From positions 27,065,584-27,129,583 of the forward strand of contig NC_068991.1 in NCBI RefSeq assembly GCF_001194135.2: 64,000 nucleotides of DNA, given 5' to 3'. This DNA comes from Octopus bimaculoides (taxonomy: Eukaryota). Shown here one piece after another: positions 26,136 to 39,000 of the stretch; within the stretch, counting starts at the first letter, position 1, and each line of letters begins with the position of its first letter. Made by a program: the position numbers and the translations under genes. The notes beneath the pieces are model-generated. The model was given only the letters and a program-made list of their open reading frames with translations. It had not been told where the DNA came from and did not search any database.

Positions 26136-29100
26136 TGATTGAAGATATTGTGTCTACCAGGGGTTTGTACCTTTTGTCAAGTCACAACAACGACCTCAGA
26201 CAGACAGTGCTTTACGCAATATACGGCAGTTCCAAGTAATGCCGACCTTTGCAATACACTTAGATTGTAGGGTATTTGTAAAGTTTTCAGATGTGCTTTT
26301 CACATTGTGTGTTATTGAACCCAATACGCCGATGACAATAGGGATAACCTTTATGTTTGACTCTCGTAGCTGCCACATTTTAGCAATCTCGATTCTCAGG
26401 TCTCCATATTTATCAATCTTTTCTCTTTCTTTCATGATGATATGTTGATCTCCTAGCACTGCCACCTCAATTATTAGGCACTCTTGTTTGTCCCACGTAA
26501 AGATTACTATATCCGGCCTTCGGTGTTCTAATATCTTGTCTGTCTGGAAGTCAAGGTCCCAGAAGAGTTTTGCCTTCCCCTTTTTGTCCATTACCTTTTC
26601 CGGTGTATCTTGGTACCAAGCACCCGTAACCTCATATCCATAATTACAACATAGTAGCCAGTGGAGGTTTTCGGCTACCTTGTGGTGTCTGCGCATGCAT
26701 TCTTTTTGTGGAAGATTTTCGCAAGCACTAACAATGTGAATCACGTTTTCGACCCTTTTTTCACACATTCTGCAGAGGTCCCTTGCACTTGTGGTATACA
26801 TTCTGTTTCTCTGAGTTAATATTCAATGCCTGGTCCTGGGCAGCAATGATTAGGCTTTCAGTATTCTTTTTTTAGGTCACCTCGACGATACTTCCTGGTC
26901 TTTTAATTTGTTGGTTTCTCGGTGGAACTGACCATGTAATTCCATGCGGAGTAAGTTTCTTCTCCCTCGTTGACTCTTTTTGATCGGAATTCATGAACAC
27001 TCTCAAGTCCATTTTTGTTAAATCCTTCTACATTAGCAGCATACTGTGGCAGATCTTGTTTGCTGTTCACCAAATATTCAGCCATATTTCTTCTTTCACT
27101 GTTGATGCCCTCTCGTACGCTAATCAGCCCACGTCCACCTTTACCCTCTTCATATAGAGCCTGTGTACATTTACCTTAGGGTGGAGGGCACCATACATTG
27201 TCATTGTCTTTGAGGTAGTAGAATCGAGTTTGTTAAACTCCGCTTGTGCGCAACTGCCCTTATGCTGATGGTAGTCACAAGGTTCCTTGAGTTGTGTTTT
27301 GATTTCAAGGGAAGTTTAAGGCGCTTGAAATATGCAGTGATGACCTTGTCTTTCATTTCTTTATGCAAGATATTGTCCAGCTCCAGGATCCCAAGGTACT
27401 TGTACCCATCATCAACCAGCTCTTCCATTCACTCTTCGTTTGGCAATTATATGCCCCTACAATTTACTTATTTCACACGGCTCAAAGTAAGCACCGCACA
27501 CTTTGATCTATTGAACTCCATCCCCAATGCCTTGCTGCACATTTACAGTCTCAACCAACCTCTCTATTTCAGTCTCTGTTTTCGCGAACAGTTTTAAATC
27601 ATCCATGAGAAGAAGGTGGTTGAGACGAGGTCTATTCTTTTTCAGCTCACAGTGCGTGTTAACTTTGCGTAGGACTACAGAGAGTGCGATCAAGGATATA
27701 ACAAATAACAGAGGGGAACAACATTCTCCTTGGAAGATATCGCTTTTGATTGATACCTCGGCTAAGTGCTGGTTGTTACAGGAAAGACGTGTCTTCCAAC
27801 TAGGCACGCTGTTCTTAATCAGTGTACACAAGTTCTCAGCTATTTAACACATATCGAGTGTTTCCAAAATCCACGTATGCAACATGTCGTAAACCTTTTT
27901 AAAGTCTATCCAGGCCATGCACGATTTTTTTTTTCTTTCTTTGGTACGTTTGCAGTTCTTCATTACAACCTTGTCTATCACAGGTGGCCCTTTGTAGCCT
28001 TGGATCCTTTTCGGCACCCCTTTTGTTCTAATGGAAGTATATTGTTTTCCGCAAGGAACGTATATATTGTCCATACAGGGATACTTGCTATCACTATCCA
28101 TAAGAGGTTGAGTCAAGCAACAGATCGATAATTGCTAACCTCATTACCCATTGACCGATATTCAATCAACAATGCTGTCGTTCTCTCTACAATCCACTCC
28201 GGAACAGCGCCACACTGTATGCAAACTCTAATTGCAACGGAATTCGCTAGTGAGTTTACCCAAACCACTTGAGTCAGTAGCCTTGAATTCCGTCTGGTCC
28301 TGCCGCGTTCTAGTTTGGCAGTTTTGATACCTGTGCAATTACATTTCCCGTTGTTATACGCACATGGCCTTGCCGTGGAGTCTCCGGGTGATGGAGTTCG
28401 GATCTCATGGAACTTATCAGTATATTCAATCCTACCTTTCTACATAACTCCTACTGGATTACTCTCCCCAATAGATTATGCGTTTCTCTAGCCTTCTTCC
28501 TGCAACCTTTCTGTTCTTCTAGCAGTACATTCTGGTGGTCAAGGTGCTCGTAAATGCTCTCTGAAAGCTTTCTTGTTTAACAGGTCCCACACTAATGGTA
28601 ATCAAGTGATTGGTCTATAGTTACTAGCTGTATCATCCATTCATAAGGAGTGTTATCCTGCCTCTAGTCATCTAATCTGGTGTTATCCTTCCATTATGGC
28701 AATCTAGAAGTTGTTCCCTCAGCCTCCCATGTAAACTACTACATTTATTCAGCCAGTACCTTTGAACTGAATCTAGTCTTGAACTCTTCCTTCCAATTCG
28801 GCATTTTTCCTAACACATTACTCCCTAATGCACTAGTTAGTCTTAGGTCTGGCTGCTTCTCCCTCACTGCTTCTTCTTTCACTTTCTTTAACCATACTTA
28901 TCCCAAATATTACTCCAGAACTTTCTATCTCCATCTGCATTAGGTTCCTTACCTTCAGTACTTCGTTTTCCTCTATTTATTTGGTCATAAAATCTCCTCT
29001 GATATATCTCAAATAATATATTCAGTTGATATTGATCTATTGTCTTCTTACATCTGAAGAACTTGCCTGCAACCGCCATGATGCGCTGTTTCAACTCTTC

Positions 29101-30115
29101 TGTTACTGTCCCAAAACCTTTCTCAGGTTAAAATTTGCATCTTGTGTTTCCAAACGCGTTCAGTTTCCAGGTACTTATTCTACTCAGATCTTGTGCTAAC
29201 GTTTTCAATTTATTTTGTAGTCTCCTTTTCCACATTTGCTCTTTTAAATCTTTCCATGAAAGATATCTAATCTTCTAGTGACTACTACCCCCTCTTGAAT
29301 AGCTTAATATATTTTTAGTATCTATCCTACTCATAACAGAATCTACTTTCCTAATAACTTATAGCAGCTTCCTTCTCTTGCTACCTTTTAATGCTGGTAA
29401 TCTTTGTCTTACTTATTTACTCATTACTTCCTACAACTCATCTAAAATCTTCTGATCTTGCTCACTTAAATCACTTAATCTGCTAGCGCCAGCTGTCCCT
29501 TCCTTATTGATAGCGCTATTATAATTCTTTCCTCTAGGTTCTTTTTTGGTTTGAGCAGTATCTCTTATGTGGCTGTTTGTCTTCCCTACTGTCTGGCTCT
29601 TCTTTTTCAGTTCTCATGTGATCTCTTCTACTCCCAATTCTGTCGTCCACTTTCTTGATCTATTTATCTCTGCTTAGTCACTTTAAACATACCCTTTTCT
29701 AAACAACGTTTTAACATCCGTTTTCTATAGCCCCTTCTTTTAGTTTCATTTTCTAAGTAACACTGCGTTACTATTCTGGTTTCTTCGCTGGTCCAATTCC
29801 TTCTCCTTACTCTATTATATGGTGATGCTCTATTAGGATAACAGCTGTGGTCAGTCTGCATCTTTACTGAACCACTGTTGAGCGAGAGGCTTTCGGTTAT
29901 TTTTGCTGTTACAATCAGAGTTTCTTCGGAAACTCCTGTCTCTCATAAACGGAGGTCATTACCAACGTCATTACCACAATTATTTTCGACACCTGATAGT
30001 TTCAAGTAACTTTCTATTTGTTGTACGTCTGTACTGGTAGGGTTGTGTATGCTGCATTTTCTTTTTGGTGGGGGGAATATTGCATTGTATCAATATGTTT
30101 TGTTATGGGGTTTGG
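26130..30115 (-). mobile_element. R4/Dong-clade non-LTR retrotransposon, near full length, decayed
   Basis: N-terminal RRNWTSEETRIVTQCYL..RGYRKRM; RT motifs AWIDFKKVYD, IFQGECCSPLLFVISL and HLLLMDDLKLFAK; CCHC knuckle CRMC..HIVSAC; RLE motif RRPDIV..IIEVAV; many stops and frameshifts. Confidence 0.9.
26196..26801 (-). pseudogene. Open remnant of the R4/Dong CCHC plus restriction-like endonuclease domain (201 aa)
   Basis: CRMCEKRVENVIHIVSAC..RHHKVA..LHW..KLFWDLDFQTDK..HRRPDIVI..IIEVAV..IPIVIGVLG. Confidence 0.85.
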
Positions 30116-30139
30116 TTTTATTTATTTATTTATTTATTC

Positions 30140-30141
<2 letters not shown>

Positions 30142-30191
<50 letters not shown>
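30142..30191. repeat. (ATT)n tract at the 5' boundary of the R4/Dong element
   Basis: Read directly; preceded by (TTTA)n. Confidence 0.95.
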
Positions 30192-31281
30192 GAGCCATGT
30201 TAGTTAACGGGGATGTTGACATCAAGGTCCTTCAAATCTCGGGAATGTTTTTTTTAGGTTTCTTGCAGTATAGAAGAAAGTACTTTTCCACAAGTCGACA
30301 AATTGTTGTACTGCTCTGTGTAATTATGATTGCCTCCTATAGAAACACAACGCATAATGAATATTTTGCATAAAAATCATTTTTTCTGCTCATCATAAAT
30401 TTTCTAACTTCATGTTGAGGGTTTTCCTGCTGAACCTAGTAAACATATTTTTAGCTTAAAGGCAAAGCTTTCAACGTTTATATATTTTTATCACGGTTCC
30501 CCAAGTCGCAATAATAATCGACAGTATCATCGGCCTAGTTAATTTCTATGCTACAGTATTGTTTTCAAGTTTGAAGTATGTATGCCACTGTACTCTTTCA
30601 TTCTACTTTCTTTTCATTCTTATGCCACATCGATTACGAATCATAATTTTCTTCTTGTTATCGACTGCTATAATCACTGAAATGTTGTGTTCTATCCTGC
30701 TTTCTGTTTGTCTAAGAAACTTCCGCAACATTTTCAATTTATTGTCTACTATAGCTGTTATATGTATGATGCAAAGTAGTTACTGCATTTTTTGCGCTGT
30801 CAACATTGACTTTCATGCAAACATTTCAGTGAATAATTGCAGCAATCTCGTTGATTATTCTTATTGCTGTTGATTTTTTGGTTTGTTTGCTTGTTTGTTT
30901 TTTTTTTTTTACCTTAATATACATTTTACTTGTATCTATGTTTCTTATCATTTTGCGATTGTTAATGACTGAAATTATTTATTTCATTTTCTGAGTTTTA
31001 AGTCACTCACCGGAAGATACTTGTCAAGAAAGTTTTAAAAATATACTGCTAAGCAAGCAAATAGAAGATGTGAATGGATATGGCGGTCACGCTCTGAAAC
31101 TCTGTGTACATGCCTATGTACACATATACTGTATATCGCTATATGCATTGTACATACGCCTGTATGGTATGCATACACATGCTCAAATCATTAAATAACA
31201 GTTTTCTCTCAAAGTACAAATCTTCATAAACCAGACACCATGAGCCATCAGTTCCACATGGCAAGTTATAAACTCATATTT

Positions 31282-31346
<65 letters not shown>

Positions 31347-31899
31347 NNNNNNNNNNNNNNNNNNNNNNNNNNNNNNNNNNNNNNNNNNNNNNNNNNNNNN
31401 NNNNNNNNNNNNNNNNNNNNNNNNNNNNNNNNNNNNNNNNNNNNNNNNNNNNNNNNNNNNNNNNNNNNNNNNNNNNNNNNNNNNNNNNNNNNNNNNNNNN
31501 NNNNNNNNNNNNNNNNNNNNNNNNNNNNNNNNNNNNNNNNNNNNNNNNNNNNNNNNNNNNNNNNNNNNNNNNNNNNNNNNNNNNNNNNNNNNNNNNNNNN
31601 NNNNNNNNNNNNNNNNNNNNNNNNNNNNNNNNNNNNNNNNNNNNNNNNNNNNNNNNNNNNNNNNNNNNNNNNNNNNNNNNNNNNNNNNNNNNNNNNNNNN
31701 NNNNNNNNNNNNNNNNNNNNNNNNNNNNNNNNNNNNNNNNNNNNNNNNNNNNNNNNNNNNNNNNNNNNNNNNNNNNNNNNNNNNNNNNNNNNNNNNNNNN
31801 NNTATATATATACATACATACATACATACATACATACATACATACATACATTTATACATATATACATACATACATACATAGATACATACATACATATAT

Positions 31900-32090
31900 A
31901 TGTGTATATTCCGCTTCACAGCCGGTGTTGGTGTGTTTACGTTCCTGCAACGTAGTAGTTCTGCAAAAGAAACGGCAGAGTGAGTACCTGGCTTCAAGAA
32001 ATTAAGCATTGTGGTCGAATCGAAAAAATATTCAAGAGGGCTTCCCAATATGGCCGCAATTTAATGAGTGAATCAAACATAGATAAAAGG
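31900..32090 (+). mobile_element. SINE family B, 3' half following (TACA)n and a gap
   Basis: CCGGTGTTGGTGTGTTTACGT..GCAAAAGAAAC..ATGGCCGCAATTTAATGAGTGAA matches the family B 3' half. Confidence 0.65.
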
Positions 32091-32879
32091 TGTGTATATA
32101 TATGTGCGTACGTGTGTGTATATATGTGTGTATATGTTTGTGTATATGTGTGTGTGTGTATGTGTGTGTGTGTATGTGTGTGTGTATACATATTGATAGA
32201 TCGATAGCTACAGATTTAAGTATAGTCAGATGCATACGTATATAAGTATATATGTAAATTTGCAAGTATCAACTTATGTACATACACATACAAACACATT
32301 TACACAGATACATATATATATACGTGCGCACATACATACATGCATACATATAGATACATACTTACATACATGCATGGTAGGCAGCCTCAAGTCATCAACT
32401 CTGTTAATATAAAATCTTTATAAATATCAGAAGCTATATTCCATCCACTAAACCATCAGTTCCACATGACAAGTTGCGACCTCTCCTTGCTCTGAATTTA
32501 CTGAATGTTTGTTTATACTGATATTTTCTGATACTTTTCTTATCAAATCTTCATATAATAACCAATTTTATAGCGTTTAGGTTTGTTCTGTTTCTGGTTT
32601 TCTTTTCTTCTTTATGCCGGTGCGGACAAAGCCATAAATATAGATTTTCTTGTCTTGGTGGCATTTCTGATCCTTCACAGGGCTTCAGCGACAGGTACGA
32701 GGAAGTGAAGTAGTTATATTTAAACTGGAAATATGGGCAGAATGCTTGCAAGAGGGTGAGATCTACTAACGATATCCGATGTACCAGGTGGTAAGATTAA
32801 AACGGAAGAGTGATCAAGTCCGCCAATTATGTAGACCATGATCGGATTTCAACTCCGAACGGATCAAATACTATATGTA

Positions 32880-33667
32880 CGAGTGTGTACCCAAAATTAA
32901 CTGGAAACGTTCTCTCGAGGTCAAGCATGTTGTAATTCGGGTTTCCGCTGCTACTAGCCACTTCATGTGACACCTAGACACCAGTCTGCCGACCGGCAGG
33001 TGGTGGGTGCTTCTTTGCTTTGTAGTACCTCTCCCCTGTTCGTCGATTTTTGCGATGGCTGAAGCGAAGTAACAGCGTACTTCCGTGAAATTCAGTTTTC
33101 TGTCCTTAAAAATGGCGGCCGAAACAGCTGTCGTGATTCAAACAGCTTACGACCTCGTTCAGGGCGACTGTCGACCTCCCGAACGATAGAAAACATCAAG
33201 AAAATTGATGAGCTGATCCTGGAGTATCGTCACCGAGCAATTGAGAAACTTGTTGATATGACTGGTTTGTCCTGAAGCTCCTGCAAACGCATTTTGAGGG
33301 AGGAATCGCGAATGAAAAAATTTGCAGCACAATTTGTGTCTCCCTGACTCACAACTGAATGCATGTCGTGAACTGAAAGAACAGTTGGAAGTTGATCCGG
33401 ATCTTTTTTCGAAGATCATCACTGGTGATGAAAGCTGCTGCTACAGAATTTTGAAATGTGGAAGAGGTGAATAAAAAAACCATGGAGGCATTAAATGGCA
33501 TCATTTCGCAAGAGTTTCATCACTGATTCGTGAACAGTGAAAAATGTGTCTGGACTGACGCATTGCTTCAAATGGAGAATAATTTGAAGGCGATAAAAGT
33601 GTAAAAATGTAAAATTAAATTAATAAAATAACATCGCAAAATTCCGCTTTCTTTTGGGTAACCCTCA
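32880..33667 (+). mobile_element. Internally deleted mariner element
   Basis: TIRs (TA)CGAGTGTGTACCCAAAATTAACTGGAA and (TA)TGAGGGTTACCCAAAAGAAAGCGGAA; remnants MAEAK*QRTSVKF, GRLSTSRTIENI, IITGDESCCY and CIASNGE*FEGD. Confidence 0.85.
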
Positions 33668-35571
33668 TATCTGCTTCCACTCTCCAACGATTGCCTTAAT
33701 CTTGTATCCTCATTTGGTACTAATGTATAGCACCCGAAAGAAGGAAAAGTAAAGACTCACCAGGATTTAAATTCAGAGCAGAGAAATGTATCCTTCCTCT
33801 TGAAGATGGCATGGTAGGATTCGAGGTATCTTTCACAGTTATTTTTACCAAGCACATCAACCGTATCAGCGGTCATAGAGACAGGTTTCTTTTTCCGTTC
33901 GATGGAATATAAAAGAACGATTAGTGTTGTCATTGTTTATACTGGGCGTGTGTTGCTTACTACATTGGGTACAAAGTCAGCGATTCTTGGAGTCTAGTCG
34001 ACATCACCAACCTCAGTAATTAATTGGTATTTATTTTATTGTCCCCAAAATGCTGAAGGGAAGATGTTCACGATAGAATTTGAAATCAGAATATATATAT
34101 ATATATATATATAGCCAGAATTTATGGTCTACATAAATTACAATATGTCTAAATACCTACCATGAGTAAATATTGAGAAGGGCTATGTAACACAATGGTA
34201 AAGAAAAGGTGGTAACTGTTTATGTTAGTATATTTAAATATAGGGTTCGAATGATTTATTAAAAATTTCCCCCAAATATGGGAGTGGAATAAATTTCTTC
34301 AAAGTTTGCTCAGTATTAAAATCAAATTTAATGCGTCTTTGGATACCGCAGAGGAAAATTTAGAGAGTGATGCTGGCCGATCTAACTTGCCATAGTCACG
34401 CTAGCCTGATAAGTGTCTAAATAACACCCCTTTAATGAAAAAGAAAATTAACAGAAAGATACAAACTTCTTTTAATAGTATTACGTTCGAAATATTAAGT
34501 GATAAGTGATATTTCTAGGCAGGCATATATATATGCATACATGAATCTATGAATATTTGTGAGAAAGTCATATTTATCTTAATGTATAGTGCAAACATAT
34601 GCGAGAGCCTTTCAATATATGTATGCCTCTTTCATTTTGAAGCTGAGTATTTTAACTCTGATAATTGAATTACCAACTCACTGGAATACAGTACAACTGG
34701 CTGAGTATTCCACGGTTACCCCTAACGTTAACATAATTCTCATTTACAACAATCAACTTTGCGTTTACATGTAACAGGCCTGTCCCTTTTCCATGCATGG
34801 ATACATTATATCTGATGGACATCAACACTGTTTCTCTGTTAGATTATCGGTTTACTGGGGTCTACGGTAGAAAATATTTGCCCATTATCAACCCACACAT
34901 GACTTCAGTTCTTACATTTTCACAAATCATCAAAATTCAGAGTTTGTAACATCGAAGTCGTTATTTGTGTTTTGCATAAACAAAAAGCGTCAATTTTCAA
35001 AAGGGACCTATTGGAAACCGAGTTGCAGCTAGCATAGACATTTTATTATATGTTATCAAATATATGAGAAAATTTCAAATAGAATGACAAGACATCCCAT
35101 TTTTAACTCCGAAAGAAAAACTCTGAACGGAATATTAAATTTTCCTTTACACTTTCTGCAAACCTATTATTTTACGTCAGAACATAAATAGTCGGCTTTA
35201 GTTAAAATTCGAATGATTTTTATATAAAATTCTATACTAATAAATCATATTTTCATGAGATTATAATTTTCAGTCGGTTCGTTCGAACAAAGCAGGCTAA
35301 TGTAAAAGACATTTCATAATGAACTATTTACTCAACAAATGATGCGGCGTCACAATGTTAGAGACTTAACAATACTTTAGTTAATGCAGTTGCAACTGTT
35401 TCGTATTTAGAAACACACCAGTCAATGTTGACAATGTTAGTTATTTAAACAGTAGTTATCTTTAAGTAGTTAGCAATTACATTTAGTATAATTAGTTTAT
35501 TGTAGAATTAGTGAAACAGCTAATCTAATAATTACTTGCGAGATTAACGCAGCATTAGCGTGCTTTGCAAG

Positions 35572-35835
35572 AATGGAATATGCTACTTGTTGTCTGAATA
35601 TATAAATTTATAGGTTATAAAAGCTGACTGTATTAATTACTGTGTTAATAATCTTACAACAACCAATAATTAGATTTGCCGTTCCACTAAGTCTGCAACA
35701 AGGAAGAAGTAATTATACTAAATGTAATTGCCAGTGACTAAAATATAACTACTCTTTAAGTGACTAAGTTTGTAAGCTTTGGCTGTTGCACTTGTAACTA
35801 CGAAGTAGTTACAGATGCATTAACTAAAGCATCAT
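35572..35835 (+). repeat. Unclassified dispersed repeat X, copy 2
   Basis: Colinear with 19225-19490; contains the palindrome GTAACTACGAAGTAGTTAC. Confidence 0.7.
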
Positions 35836-35995
35836 TACACATCCGTTCGATCATTTTGAACATTAAAGTAACTAAAGTTCACATCATCACATTATACACT
35901 AAATAAAATTTGGCACTCTCTCCCGTCTATTGTTCAAGCGATAATGTAGGAGATAATGTGCCAATGCATATACGGCCGTAACTCCCATGACCACG

Positions 35996-36041
<46 letters not shown>

Positions 36042-37007
36042 ATTTATCAGCGGCAGTGTATACCTGAATTCAAATATGTACTTAGAAATACATGTTAGCT
36101 TACAATTCTGCATATAAATGTCTCCTGCGGAGTTGAATCCATTTCAGAAATGGTATTGAGGCTTGTTCAATATCTTCTAATTCAATAACCATGACACAAT
36201 ATGAATTACAACACAGCAATATTTCCGTACAATAAAACCCAAATACAATCTCAGCATGATTCCAAAAGATTTCTTTCTGAGTAATATAATACCAATCTAT
36301 AAGATTGCCACATTTGTAATGTACAAGGGCGATGTTACTGGGGATTATATTAATCTCTATACTTCGTTATTAATTATTTCATTCACTCGACAGTGGAAAA
36401 GACATATAAACACAATGTGTTAAGTTCCATGAAGTTGCCCAACACTGTAATAATAATTCTACAACAATGAGGTAGACTCTAGGCATTTGTCATATTTCTT
36501 CTACAAGTATCAGCTAAATTTGAAAATGCGTCCCACTTTTCGAAAATATAGACACGATGGTCTCATCTGAAATAATTTTGATCATCGGTTTGATTGAACA
36601 GAACACATCAGGAGAAAAAAAAATCTATAGAAGTGAAAGTGTTAGTAATTTAATAACAATAAATAAACAGAACTTACAAAGCGGTGCATATTGGTATGTG
36701 TTGCGCAGAGATTCAACTACACTATCAATTTTGAGAATATCTTGAAATTATACAATCAATGATACCTTTCAGTATCCAAATTCATTGTCAAATTATTGTT
36801 CAGAAGCACTTGTCTATCTAGAAATTATTGTTACAGATTGACTATGAAAATATGTAGAAATATTACGAAACGTAACTTCGTAAAACGACTTGTTTACAAT
36901 ATTAAAATAAAATCAAATGTATAGAAAGAAACTAATTAAACCGATGACATGACAATATCCTGAATGTGTGATTTCAAACAATGTTTTATAGAAAAACCGA
37001 TCAATAA

Positions 37008-37265
37008 AACCAATCGCCGCTATTTTTCTTCTAAGATATTAGTAAATCTCTAAATTTGATACATGGATAACTTTTTGCAGCAAACTTTATATTACAATCC
37101 AGTTTTCTATCAGTTAACTTATCAAAAAAAGCACATTGGCAGAGAAGTTTCATACTGAAATAATTTGTACATTAAGCATTGTTTACGTTGCCAAGGATAA
37201 TCAATTTAAATATTCTGTTAATAATCTGTTTTACTTCTTTAAGAATTCACCAAACATCGCTGAAT
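37008..37265 (+). repeat. Unclassified dispersed repeat Y, copy 2
   Basis: Colinear with 23380-23650. Confidence 0.75.
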
Positions 37266-37775
37266 TTAGGAAAACAAAGTTAATACTTCAAAAACGTATC
37301 TTAAAATGACTAATAGTTTGCGATGTTGCCAATATTTAGAGACACCTACCAGAATATCCACATCTAACATTGAATCTGAAAATGTGAAAAATATTATATT
37401 ATTCGCTTCTGATGAGTTTAAGACGATTAGTTTTAGGAAAATGTTGTTTGCCGATATCGTACTCCCGCGTTTGCCGAAAATGTTTTTCATTCTCACCGAG
37501 ATGGTGGAATGAAATGGGTCACTAATTATACGACACATATTTCAATACCTTTATACACACACACACGCATAACTTTAAAACGTTCACCGTATGTATGCAT
37601 GTATGTATGCATGATATATATATATATATANNNNNNNNNNNNNNNNNNNNNNNNNNNNNNNNNNNNNNNNNNNNNNNNNNNNNNNNNNNNNNNNNNNNNN
37701 NNNNNNNNNNNNNNNNNNNNNNNNNNNNNNNNNNNNNNNNNNNNNNNNNNNNNNNNNNNNNNNNNNNNNNNNNNN

Positions 37776-37869
37776 ATTTTCAAGAACTCATCGATGAAAA
37801 TCCACTATCACATATAGAAAAACTTTTCTATATGTGATAGTGGATTTTCATCGATGAGTTCTTGAAAAT
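37776..37869. repeat. Perfect 94-bp palindrome abutting an assembly gap
   Basis: 46-bp arms ATTTTCAAGAACTCATCGATGAAAATCCACTATCACATATAGAAAA and its exact reverse complement, with a 2-nt centre (AC). Confidence 0.9.
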
Positions 37870-37912
37870 TGGTTATTTTCCCTAAAACTATATATATTTT
37901 ATATATACTTTA

Positions 37913-37949
<37 letters not shown>

Positions 37950-38039
37950 GTTATAAGATCATAAATCAGAAAAGACCATACCCTATAAAAAATAGACCAC
38001 TTGTTTATTTTCCTATGTGTAAAGTAGCAGTTTTAGGAA

Positions 38040-39000
38040 AAAGCTATTGGCTCCATAGCTATCGTGAACTAGGCATGTCTTCAGTTTCTCTAAACCATAA
38101 CTACTCTCTGCAAAGAATGCTTTTTGTTACAAAACCACAAGAACGCCGGTGATAGTTGAAGAAATATTCGTCTTAAAAAATTAGGGCCGGACGAGTTGTC
38201 TTCCTTCGCTTGATAGCTAGGTTTTCCGATTTTGAAGCAAAAATCTCCGAACATGTGGATCTTCCGTCCTGGAGATCAGGTAGCCTCCTGGCTCACGTGA
38301 GTTCATAAGCATCATATATTTTTCTGCATTACAAAATTTACATACTCTTGTTTCATTTCGATAGGGTCCACAAGTTTCTAGTAATTTCTACCTGATGTTA
38401 AAGGGCATATGATCGTCTTTTTGGCGCCATAAGTATGCTGCGCATGTCGTTGTGATGCGTCTCTCCGGTACCCTGAAAGAAGATCTGTGGTTGTAAATTG
38501 TAAATTTATATTCACAAGATCCGACACAAATTTTAGTGTGTGTCCCTGTGTTTGCATTGTGTTACTGATATTTGTGCTGCTCCTGTTTGAGGATACATTT
38601 ACTTGGTAGACTATAGCCTCGGTGTTACACCGGCCGAACACTGGGCATTCATTTCTAATCCGGCGTGAACAACCTGCCTCTGGCCGTGATTTAAAAGTAC
38701 TAAGTAATTTTTTCTTAACATTAGGTGCACAACTGAAAGAGATCCTTAAATTATATCTGTTAAAGATCTTTCTATATTTGTGTGATCACGTGAAATGCTT
38801 GTCCAACAATCTAAGAAAAATTTTACCAAGGGCATGTCCGGACGTTTATGGAGAAGGGGAAAGCGAACCATAATAGAGCCGCTGGGTCGAAAATATCTTT
38901 ATTTGAAGATAATTTCGCAATTGCTGAATTTTCTTTAGAACAATCTTTTCTTAGTGGTCAGACAATATGGGGTCTACACCTAGCATATTGGATGTCCACT
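38040..39000 (-). mobile_element. Penelope-like element, second decayed copy of the 13640 family
   Basis: KLSSNKDIFDPAA..FPFSINVRT..GKIFLRLLDKHF..KIFNRYNLRISFSCAPNVK..CSRRIRNECPVFGRCNTEAIVYQVNV..HRSSFRVPERR..YLW..CKFCNAEK. Confidence 0.85.

Noticed and set aside
34917-35008. Minus-strand AG..GTAAG pseudo-exon
   Set aside because: Stops in all three frames.
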